From: Deinococcus radiodurans R1 = ATCC 13939 = DSM 20539
GTDB lineage: Bacteria > Deinococcota > Deinococci > Deinococcales > Deinococcaceae
Direction: 5' to 3'
Assembly (NCBI RefSeq): GCF_000008565.1
Contig: NC_001263.1
Coordinates: forward strand, 1,308,027 to 1,334,416
DNA: 26,390 bases
The position numbers and the translations under genes are program-made. Shown here one piece after another: positions 18,551 through 26,390 of the stretch (positions are counted from its first letter, which is position 1; every line of letters starts with the position of its first letter). A model generated the notes under the pieces. The model was not told the DNA's origin. It saw only the letters and a program-made list of their open reading frames with translations, and made no database searches.

Positions 18551-19720
18551 TCAGGCGAGCTTCGGACGCCGGGTGGCCCACAGCATCATGCCCCAGGCGG
18601 CGAGGCTGAGAGCGGCGCACAGCAAAAAGACCGGGCGGTAGCCGAACACCTGCGCCCACGCCCCCGCCACGATGCCCGAAAGCATGGAGCCGACCACCGA
18701 GGTGTTGGAATACAGCGTGGTGGCCGCGCTGAAGCGCCCCGGCATGAGCTGCTGGAAATACGTCATGCCCAGCCCCGCCATCACCGCGAGCACGGCGGCG
18801 CGCAGCACCTGGGTGGCGATGAGCAGCGGCATCCCCTGCGCCAGATAAATCAGCGCGAAGTGCACCACGAACAGCAGCAGGCCGGCCTTGATGAGCCACT
18901 CCACCCCCGGCAGCCGCTTGGAAAGGACGAAGAGCAGCATCACCGGGATTTCCAGCAGTGCACACAATCCGACCAGAAAGCCCACCTGAGCGCTGGTGCC
19001 GTGCAGGGTTTCGGTCACGAACAACGAAAACATGACCATTCCCATGTGCATCGCCATGCCGTAGAGGGTAAACGCCGCCACCACCCAGCCCATCGGCGGC
19101 GCGGGCGGAGCGCCGAGTTCCTGGGTGAGCGGCGAGGGCGCGCTGTTCGGCTGTGCGGGGGCTGGCGCGGGCGGGCGAATAAACAGCAGGGGCAGCCCGG
19201 CGAGCGCGTAGCAGAGCGCCGCGAGCAGAAACACCCCGCTGAACGACCAGCGGCCCAGCACGGCGGCGCCCACCCCCGGCCCCACCACCCAGGCGAAGGA
19301 AAAGACTGCCCGCAGCACCGTGACCGCCTTTTCCGGCAGGTCACCCGGCGCCTGCGCGAAGCCCGAGCGGGCAAAGGCGAAGACCTGCGGAAAGGCCGCC
19401 GAACTCACCGCCAGCAGCAGCACGCCCGTCGCCATCACGCCGTAGACCGAGCGCACGCCGCTCAGCGCGAGGTAGGCGAGCACGCCCGCCGCCAGCGTGA
19501 GCAGCACCAGCGGTTTGCGGTCGCTGCGGCGGTCGGCCCAGCGCCCCAGCCGGGTGCTGACCAGCACGGCGCTCAGGGCGTTGAAGGTCAGAAAAAGCCC
19601 CAGTTGCAGCGGGGTCATCCCCACCTGCTGCACGGCAAACAGCGACATGAACGGCCCGGCAAGCGAGGTCGCCAGCCCCAGCAGCAGCACCGCGAGCGTG
19701 AGGCCTAGCGCGTGCGGCAA
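18551..19720 (-). CDS. MFS transporter (sugar-efflux/SetA-like impression)
   Basis: 389-aa 12-TM-like ORF with motif A-like RLGRWADRRSDRKPLVL. TTG start at 19720. Confidence 0.8.
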   Translation of the reverse strand: MPHALGLTLAVLLLGLATSLAGPFMSLFAVQQVGMTPLQLGLFLTFNALSAVLVSTRLGRWADRRSDRKPLVLLTLAAGVLAYLALSGVRSVYGVMATGVLLLAVSSAAFPQVFAFARSGFAQAPGDLPEKAVTVLRAVFSFAWVVGPGVGAAVLGRWSFSGVFLLAALCYALAGLPLLFIRPPAPAPAQPNSAPSPLTQELGAPPAPPMGWVVAAFTLYGMAMHMGMVMFSLFVTETLHGTSAQVGFLVGLCALLEIPVMLLFVLSKRLPGVEWLIKAGLLLFVVHFALIYLAQGMPLLIATQVLRAAVLAVMAGLGMTYFQQLMPGRFSAATTLYSNTSVVGSMLSGIVAGAWAQVFGYRPVFLLCAALSLAAWGMMLWATRRPKLA

Positions 19721-19874
19721 CCGGGCAATCTGCGGCAGGTGCCGGCAATCGAGACTTCGGGTAAAGCGGCGGCGGGGGAAAGGTCGTCAGGGGCAAGGGG
19801 GGGCGCGGCAGGCATCAGCCCGTCAGTGTACGCCTCCGGGCCTGAATCGGTTCAGAAAAATGGGACGCTGCCGC

Positions 19875-20801
<927 letters not shown>

Positions 20802-20845
20802 GGGGCGCAGGGTAGCAGAAGCGGCCCGCCGCGCTCTCGGCAGCT

Positions 20846-22138
20846 TTACGCGCCGCTCTGCACTTCGCGCTGGCTGGGAAGCTCGCGCGGCAGTCGGGTC
20901 CACAGCAGGGCCAGGGCGATTGCGCCGAGCACGACCAGCGTCACCAGACCCCAGCGCGGCCCCAGCGGCCCCTCGCGGCTGATCAGCGTACTGGCGAGCG
21001 CCGCCCCCGCCGGGCCCATGCCCACCAGCACGAAGGAATACAGGCTCATCACCCGGCCACGCAGGGCGTCGGGAATGCTGAGCTGCACCGTCGAGTTCGC
21101 GCTGATCAGGAAGGTCAGCATCCCGAACCCGCACGCCGCGAGCACTGGCAGCGCGAGGGCCGCCGAAGGCACCGCACTCAGGGCGAGGCTGCTGAGCATG
21201 ACCAGAGTGGCGCCCAGCCGCAGGTTCCGCACCGGATTGGGCTTGCTCGCCTGCCACAGTGCCCCCGCCATCGCCCCGATGCCGAAGCCCGCCGAGAGCA
21301 GTCCGAACGTCGCTTCGCGCGCGCCGTACACCACGCGGGCGTAGTAGGGAATGATCACGTTGAAGTTGATGACCGTCAGGCTCAGGGCACCCACCAGCAG
21401 CATCACATTCCGCACGCCGGGGTGGGTCTTGACGTAGCGCAGGCCCTCGCGCACGTCGTCCACCATGCTGTGGTTGCCGCGTTCCTGCACCGGCGGGAAG
21501 GGCAGCGTGGCGATGACGAACAGCACGACCAGAAAGGACACCACGTTGAGGTAAAACGGCAGCGCCAGCCGCGCCACGCTGTCGGGGTTGCCCCCGGCGA
21601 GCAGCGACACGCCCAGCGCGGCCACCACGCCGAAGAGGGCTTGCCCAATGGTGCGGCTCACGTTGAACGACAAGCTGTTGAGCGCCACCGCGTTCGACAC
21701 CTGCTCACGCGGCACGAAGTCCACCACCATCGTCTGCCGGGCGGGCATGTCAAAGGCGTTGGCGATGCCCGAGATGAAGGCGAACACCATCACCAGCGGC
21801 ACACTCACGCTGCCCTGATGGGTGGTCACGGCCAGGGCGATGGCGGTCGTCATCAGGGTGATCTGGGTCGTGAGCAGCACCCGCCGCCGGGGCACGCGGT
21901 CCACCACCGCGCCGGCAAACAGCGAGAGCAGCAAGCTAGGCAAAAACTGCGCGATGGTGACCTGCGCGAGCGCGGCGCTGCTGTTGCCCGAGAGTTCCAG
22001 CACGAGGTACTGCTGCGCGGTGGACTGCATCCACGAGCCGATCAGCGAGAGAAGTTGCGAAAACCAGTAGCGGCGGTACTCGGGAAAGCGCAGCGCCCCG
22101 AAGGTTCGTGAGCGCCAGGCGTTGAAGCTGTTCAGCAC
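20846..22138 (-). CDS. MFS transporter (EntS/'transmembrane secretion effector'-like)
   Basis: 430 aa. The N-terminus FPEYRRYWFSQLLSLIGSWMQSTAQQYLVLELSG is typical of this MFS subfamily. Motif A-like GAVVDRVPRRRVLL. Confidence 0.8.
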   Translation of the reverse strand: MLNSFNAWRSRTFGALRFPEYRRYWFSQLLSLIGSWMQSTAQQYLVLELSGNSSAALAQVTIAQFLPSLLLSLFAGAVVDRVPRRRVLLTTQITLMTTAIALAVTTHQGSVSVPLVMVFAFISGIANAFDMPARQTMVVDFVPREQVSNAVALNSLSFNVSRTIGQALFGVVAALGVSLLAGGNPDSVARLALPFYLNVVSFLVVLFVIATLPFPPVQERGNHSMVDDVREGLRYVKTHPGVRNVMLLVGALSLTVINFNVIIPYYARVVYGAREATFGLLSAGFGIGAMAGALWQASKPNPVRNLRLGATLVMLSSLALSAVPSAALALPVLAACGFGMLTFLISANSTVQLSIPDALRGRVMSLYSFVLVGMGPAGAALASTLISREGPLGPRWGLVTLVVLGAIALALLWTRLPRELPSQREVQSGA

Positions 22139-22469
22139 CGGCCCAGCATAAGCGCCCGCCCCGCACCTTCCTCACCCCGCCCGTCTTCATGGGAGCTTGC
22201 TGTGAAAACTCCTAAATGAGCGGCTGGTATAGGTCTGACTGCGGCCAGACGACTCGCCTCCGCATAAGCGAAAAACCAGCCTGCCGACGTGCAATGGGGG
22301 AGATGGGGGTAGAAAATGAGAAAATTTTCAAAATTGGGTAGTCAAACTAAAGAGGTTCATGTTACTTTAGCGAACGTAAATCTTCCCACAGGCCGACCGG
22401 TGGCCCTGCCGCTCTTCCTCGCTTCAGCCCTCAGCCGCTGACGAGTGCCTTCCCCTGAGAGACAGCCCG

Positions 22470-23375
22470 ATGACCCAAGTTGCTGCCCGTTTCCGCTTTT
22501 CCATTTTCGCCTCGCTCCTGACCACCCTGATCTTGAGTGGGGAGGTGAAAGCGCAGACGGCGCAGCTCGCGTCTTCGCCCGAAGCGACCCTGACCGTGCA
22601 GCGCGGTGACACCGCCTACTCCATTGCCCGGCGCAACGGCCTGACGGTGGACCTGCTGCTCGCCTACAACAACCTCGCCTCGCCCGACATCGAAGTGGGG
22701 CAGGTGCTGCGGCTGCGTCCGCCCACCCACACCGCGCAGCGCGGCGACACCATCTACGGTCTCTCGCGCATGTACGGCGTGAGTGTGGACGCGCTGCTCG
22801 CCGCCAACACCCTGCCCCGCGACACCAAACTGGAAGTCGGGCAGGTGCTGCAACTCCCGGTCGGCCTTGACGCTGCCGCGCCTATGATCGCTGCGCCCGC
22901 CGCGCCGCTTCCCTCGCCGAGCGCCCTCGGTCTACCCTCGCTGGCGACCGTTGCCCAGGGAAGCCAGAGCGAAACTGACAGCAGCGGCGCGAGCTGGTAC
23001 CAGAACGCCATGTCGCTGCTCGGCACGCCCTACGTGCTCGGCGGCACCTCGCGCAAGGGCATCGACTGCAGCGGCTTCGTGCTTCAGGTCATGACGCCGC
23101 TGGGCGTCAAGCTGCCGCGCCGCAGCGCCGATCAGGCCCGCGCGGGCGTGTCGGTGGACGACGACGACCTGCGCCCCGGCGACCTGCTGTTTTTCGACAC
23201 GGTGGGTGCGGGCTCTGTGACCCACGTCGGCATCTACCTCGGCAACGACAGCTTTATCAATGCCAACAGCTACTACGGCAAGGTCGTGGTGGACAAGTTC
23301 AAAAGCGACAAATACTGGAGCACTCGTTACCTGGGTGCCCGCCGCGTGATGATGGACGCGCTGGCGAACTACTGA
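22470..23375 (+). CDS. Secreted peptidoglycan hydrolase: 2x LysM plus NlpC/P60 domain
   Basis: Signal peptide, then LysM 1 (TVQRGDTAYSIARRNGLTVDLLLAYNNL...VGQVLRL) and LysM 2 (HTAQRGDTIYGLSRMYGVSVDALLAANTL...VGQVLQLP). The NlpC/P60 core is YVLGGTSRKGIDCSGFV...THVGIYLGNDSFINAN. Confidence 0.9.
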   Translation: MTQVAARFRFSIFASLLTTLILSGEVKAQTAQLASSPEATLTVQRGDTAYSIARRNGLTVDLLLAYNNLASPDIEVGQVLRLRPPTHTAQRGDTIYGLSRMYGVSVDALLAANTLPRDTKLEVGQVLQLPVGLDAAAPMIAAPAAPLPSPSALGLPSLATVAQGSQSETDSSGASWYQNAMSLLGTPYVLGGTSRKGIDCSGFVLQVMTPLGVKLPRRSADQARAGVSVDDDDLRPGDLLFFDTVGAGSVTHVGIYLGNDSFINANSYYGKVVVDKFKSDKYWSTRYLGARRVMMDALANY

Positions 23376-23445
23376 GCGCACTGAGCGCGGAGCGGGTCCG
23401 AAGCTGGCCACAGGCCGCGCCCGCCGCTCGTTTACTCTGAGCCTC

Positions 23446-24324
23446 ATGTCTGCTCCTTCACCTGCGCCCCAGCCCCCTCAGAGAGAGCCACCGCAGCCCC
23501 CGCCAGCCCAAGCTCAGGCTTCTCGGCCCCGGCGCCGCCCGCTGCTGCACCTGTCCAACCGCGTCAAGATCTGGTTCGCGTCGCTGCTGTCGCTGGCGAG
23601 TGGCTACGTAATTTCCAACGTCCGCGAACTCGCGGTGCGGCCCCCGCTCGTGCTCGGCCAGGACGCGGTGAGCACACCGGCCAGCGCTCTGGCGCGGGTC
23701 ACGCTCGAACACGACCCGCAGCCGTTCATCAACATTGTGCCCGCCAGTGCCGAGGTGAAGACCTTGCTGGTCTTTTACCCAGGCGGGCGCGTGCGGCCTC
23801 AGGCCTACGAGTGGCTGGGCCGCGCGCTGGCGGTCCGGGGGGTGCAGACCGTCATTCCGGCCTTTCCGCTGGACCTTGCGATTACGGGCACCGAGCGTGC
23901 CGAGGGCCTGATCGCCCGCTATGGCGCCGGCAAACGGGTGGTGCTGGCGGGGCACTCGCTCGGCGGCACCGTCGCCGCGCAGTACGCCGCCCTGCGCCCG
24001 GACAAGATTGACGGCCTGCTGCTGCTCGCCGCTTACCCGGCCCCCAACGTCAACCTGCACGACGCCCGCTTTCCCGCGCTCTCGCTGCTCGCCGAGAAAG
24101 ACGGGGTGGCCGACGCCGGGCTGGTGCGCGGCGGTCTGGAACGGCTGCCCAAAAACACCCGGCTGACGGTCTTGCCTGGCGCGGTCCACTCCTTTTTCGG
24201 ACGCTACGGCCCGCAGCAGGGCGACGGCGTGCCCACCGTCAGCCGGGCGCGGGCCGAGCGCGAAATCGTGCAGGCGGTGGAAACCTTCATAGACCAGTTG
24301 CCTCCGCACGCGTCTCAGCCCTGA
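23446..24324 (+). CDS. Alpha/beta-fold hydrolase with Pro/Gln-rich N-terminus and a membrane anchor
   Basis: 292 aa with nucleophile elbow LAGHSLGG, a late HSFF histidine region, and a TM-like IWFASLLSLASGYVI segment. Confidence 0.72.
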   Translation: MSAPSPAPQPPQREPPQPPPAQAQASRPRRRPLLHLSNRVKIWFASLLSLASGYVISNVRELAVRPPLVLGQDAVSTPASALARVTLEHDPQPFINIVPASAEVKTLLVFYPGGRVRPQAYEWLGRALAVRGVQTVIPAFPLDLAITGTERAEGLIARYGAGKRVVLAGHSLGGTVAAQYAALRPDKIDGLLLLAAYPAPNVNLHDARFPALSLLAEKDGVADAGLVRGGLERLPKNTRLTVLPGAVHSFFGRYGPQQGDGVPTVSRARAEREIVQAVETFIDQLPPHASQP

Positions 24325-24401
24325 GCTGCGCTGTTGTACATCTACGGTTCTGTGTCCCGGCGTGACGTTGCCGGGGCCGGCGCGGCCTATGCTCTGGGCC
24401 G

Positions 24402-25835
24402 ATGACTCAGCCTGCGCCGTCCCTGTCTCTTCCCGCCCAGCGTGCGCGCCTGCTCGCCACCGTCGGCCTCATTGTGGGGGTGTTTCTCAACGCCCTCGAA
24501 TCGAGCGTGGTCGCCACCGCCATGCCAAGTGTCATCAACGACCTGCACGGCCAGTCGCTCTACGCCCTGCCCTTCGCCATGTACCTGCTGACCTCCACCG
24601 TCGGCAGTCCGCTGTGGGGGCGCGCGTCGGACCTCGTGGGGCGCAAGCGGCTGTACCTCGTGGGCGCGGTGCTGTTTCTGGTCGGCAGCGCCTTGTGCGG
24701 CGCGGCGCAGAGCATGGGCTGGCTGATCGGGGCGCGGGCGCTGCAAGGGCTGGGGGCCGGGGCGCTGCTCACACTTTCCATGACCATCGTGGGCGAACTG
24801 TACTCGCTTCAGGAGCGCAGCCGGGTGCAGGCCTTTATCAGCGCGGTGTGGGGCATCTCGGGGCTGGCGGGGCCGCTGCTCGGCGGCTGGCTGACCGAGA
24901 CGCTCTCCTGGCGTTGGACCTTTTACGTGTCGCTCCCGTTTGGCCTCCTGGCGCTGTTCATGGTGTCGCGCTTTTTGCACGAAACAGGCGAACGCCGCGC
25001 CGCGCAGCTCGACTGGGCTGGCGCCGCGCTGTTTACCCTGGGCAGCGGGCTGACCATCTGGGGTCTGGAAATGAAGCTGTGGTCGCTCGTGGGGCTCGGA
25101 GTCGCGACCCTGGTGGGGGCGGTGCTGCTCGAACTGCGTCACCCCGCCCCGCTGCTGCCGATGCGGGCGCTGCGCGAACGGACGCCCGCCGTGGCCTTCG
25201 CCGGGAACTTTCTGGGCGGCGCGGCTTACTTCGGCGTGATTGCTTACCTGCCGCTCTACGCCCAGGGCGTCTCGGGTAAGGGCGCGACGGCGGCGGGCGC
25301 CATCCTCACGCCGATGCTGGTGGGCTGGACGCTGACGAGCATCCTCTCGGCGCAGCTCATTCGTTTTATCCCGCTGGCCCGGCTCTCGCAAATCGGTTTC
25401 GCACTGCTCACGTTGATGTTTCTGGCGCTCACCTTTACCGTTCACTCGCCGCTGTGGGTCACGAGTGCGCTCGGTTTCGCGGTCGGCATGGGCATGGGCT
25501 TTTCGATGCTGAGCCTGCTGCTCGCCGCGCAGCAAGCCGCCTCGCGCGGCGAACTCGGCGCCGTTACCAGCGGGGTGATGTTCGCCCGGCAGATGGGCGG
25601 GGCACTCGGCACCGCGCTGATGGCCCTGCTCATCGGCTCGCACGCCATCGGCGTCGGCGGCATCGAACTCGCCGAGGGTCTGCGCCGCGCCTATTTCCTC
25701 GCGCTGGGGCTGGTGGCGGCGGCCTTCCTCGTCAGCCTGCTCTGCCGACGGTGCCGGCGCCGGTGGAGCAGGGGCAAGGAGCCTAGCGCTGTTTCAGACA
25801 CGGCGGCTCAGTCGGTACGCGCTGAGCCGCCGTGA
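24402..25835 (+). CDS. MFS drug:H+ antiporter, DHA2 (14-TM, EmrB/QacA-like)
   Basis: 477 aa. [19 protein letters not shown], motif [15 protein letters not shown], and length and TM count consistent with DHA2. Confidence 0.85.
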   Translation: MTQPAPSLSLPAQRARLLATVGLIVGVFLNALESSVVATAMPSVINDLHGQSLYALPFAMYLLTSTVGSPLWGRASDLVGRKRLYLVGAVLFLVGSALCGAAQSMGWLIGARALQGLGAGALLTLSMTIVGELYSLQERSRVQAFISAVWGISGLAGPLLGGWLTETLSWRWTFYVSLPFGLLALFMVSRFLHETGERRAAQLDWAGAALFTLGSGLTIWGLEMKLWSLVGLGVATLVGAVLLELRHPAPLLPMRALRERTPAVAFAGNFLGGAAYFGVIAYLPLYAQGVSGKGATAAGAILTPMLVGWTLTSILSAQLIRFIPLARLSQIGFALLTLMFLALTFTVHSPLWVTSALGFAVGMGMGFSMLSLLLAAQQAASRGELGAVTSGVMFARQMGGALGTALMALLIGSHAIGVGGIELAEGLRRAYFLALGLVAAAFLVSLLCRRCRRRWSRGKEPSAVSDTAAQSVRAEPP

Positions 25836-26182
25836 TGCCGCTCGTAAGCTTCGATTTCCTTTTGTAGAAAGTAGTTCAGCGCTGTGCGGATGAACGCGAT
25901 GGCGCCCAGCTTGCCGATGTCATCCCAAGTGGGCGCGATGGCGGTGAGCAAAATGTCGGCGGCGAGCAGAAATTCCAGCGAGATGGCAAGCCAGCGCCCG
26001 AGTTGAAGGCGCAGGCTTTCCTTCACCTCGTCGGGCGCGTGGTCGCGGCGCGCGAAGATGCGGACCGAGCGCCATAGCCCCTCCAGCACCGCCGCCGCAA
26101 TGATCAGCACCGCCGAAAGTTCGGCCAGCCGCGCCACGTTCATCGCGCCCACTTTGACGAACTGTTCCAAGCTTTCCAGCAT
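25808..26182 (-). CDS. Small integral membrane protein, DUF1622-like
   Basis: 124 aa with hydrophobic segments plus [10 protein letters not shown]...[12 protein letters not shown], which I recall as DUF1622-type. The 3' end overlaps the convergent MFS gene by 28 nt. Confidence 0.6.
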   Translation of the reverse strand: MLESLEQFVKVGAMNVARLAELSAVLIIAAAVLEGLWRSVRIFARRDHAPDEVKESLRLQLGRWLAISLEFLLAADILLTAIAPTWDDIGKLGAIAFIRTALNYFLQKEIEAYERHHGGSARTD

Positions 26183-26198
26183 GTCTGTCTGTGAGGAC

Positions 26199-26390
26199 TT
26201 ACAGCTTCAGTGCCAGCGCGACCGCTTCGGCGAGGCCGCCCGCGTCCACATGCCCGACCTGATAGCGCGAGGCGGCGCGGGCCACATCGTCGGCGTTGCC
26301 CATCGCCACCGGGTGCCCGACCACTTGCAAGGCCGTCACATCGTTGGCGGCGTCGCCCACCATCATCACGCGCTCCAGGTCCAGCCCGTA
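26199..26390 (-). CDS. HAD-superfamily (Cof-type IIB) hydrolase, 3' fragment running off the window
   Basis: My own minus-strand translation gives ...[63 protein letters not shown]. GDxxND is HAD motif IV. Stop TAA at 26201-26199. Confidence 0.6.
   Translation of the reverse strand, partial: YGLDLERVMMVGDAANDVTALQVVGHPVAMGNADDVARAASRYQVGHVDAGGLAEAVALALKL

Noticed and set aside
19721-19874. The hairpin CTGAA-tcgg-TTCAG (about 19841-19854) as the truB terminator.
   Set aside because: On the minus-strand transcript the T-run precedes rather than follows the 5-bp stem, so it does not fit an intrinsic terminator.
22362-22379. The palindrome TTACTTTAGCGAACGTAA as a DdrO-type radiation/desiccation response motif (RDRM).
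   Set aside because: The right half (ACGTAA) resembles my recollection of the RDRM half-site. However, the palindrome is 18 nt rather than 17 nt, and the left half lacks the conserved G. The adjacent genes (MFS, P60 hydrolase) are not members of the RDR regulon that I know of. I kept it only as part of the AT-rich island finding.
22139-22469. A c-di-AMP (ydaO-type) riboswitch upstream of the NlpC/P60 gene, as seen in some other phyla.
   Set aside because: I could not find the paired conserved cores or a P1 helix. The GCATAAGCG copies are direct repeats, not complementary. A covariance-model scan is needed before any claim can be made.

Overview
This is a high-GC (roughly two-thirds G+C by eye), densely coding bacterial chromosomal segment. 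Gene content and the structured intergenic repeats look like Deinococcus, probably a D. radiodurans-type chromosome. That is an inference from memory, since no search was possible. I can support 29 protein-coding genes and one tRNA.

Gene order:
- potABCD polyamine ABC transporter operon
- an orphan lipoprotein
- MFS transporter 1
- S41 C-terminal processing peptidase
- rpsT, divergent from a stand-alone recX
- tRNA-Leu(CAA)
- a minus-strand run of threonine aldolase, small HNH protein and methionine aminopeptidase
- a PRC-barrel/DUF2382 gene followed by a DUF2382 paralog
- acyl-CoA carboxyltransferase beta subunit
- a 60-codon Thr-rich lipoprotein
- acyl-CoA dehydrogenase
- two orphan secreted proteins downstream of lepB
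- MFS transporter 2, truB, MFS transporter 3
- a LysM-LysM-NlpC/P60 hydrolase
- an alpha/beta hydrolase
- a DHA2-type MFS transporter
- a DUF1622 membrane protein
- the 3' end of a HAD (Cof-type) hydrolase

I saw no CRISPR array, transposase, integrase, phage genes or recognisable defence, toxin-antitoxin or retron module. I therefore cannot honestly point to a clear new multi-gene system.

The features that ordinary annotation would not explain are:
1. Two different nested-palindrome (SNR/MITE-like) elements sit in the potA-potB and potB-potC gaps, and both overlap the downstream ribosome-binding sites.
2. About 70-75 nt of roughly 30% GC sequence, inside a slightly larger block of short duplications, lies upstream of the LysM/P60 gene and holds palindromes and a 41-codon rare-codon ORF.
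3. The first CxxC zinc knuckle of the small HNH gene lies in frame but outside any startable ORF, which suggests a 1-nt frameshift.
4. The tandem PRC-barrel/DUF2382 plus DUF2382 pair has an SD-sequestering mini-hairpin.
5. A mucin-like Thr/Ser-rich mini-lipoprotein gene has its own terminator.
6. Several genes look leaderless, with a TANNNT box 6-8 nt upstream of the ATG and no SD.

The many long Arg/Ala/Gly/Pro-rich ORFs antisense to recognisable genes are high-GC artefacts.
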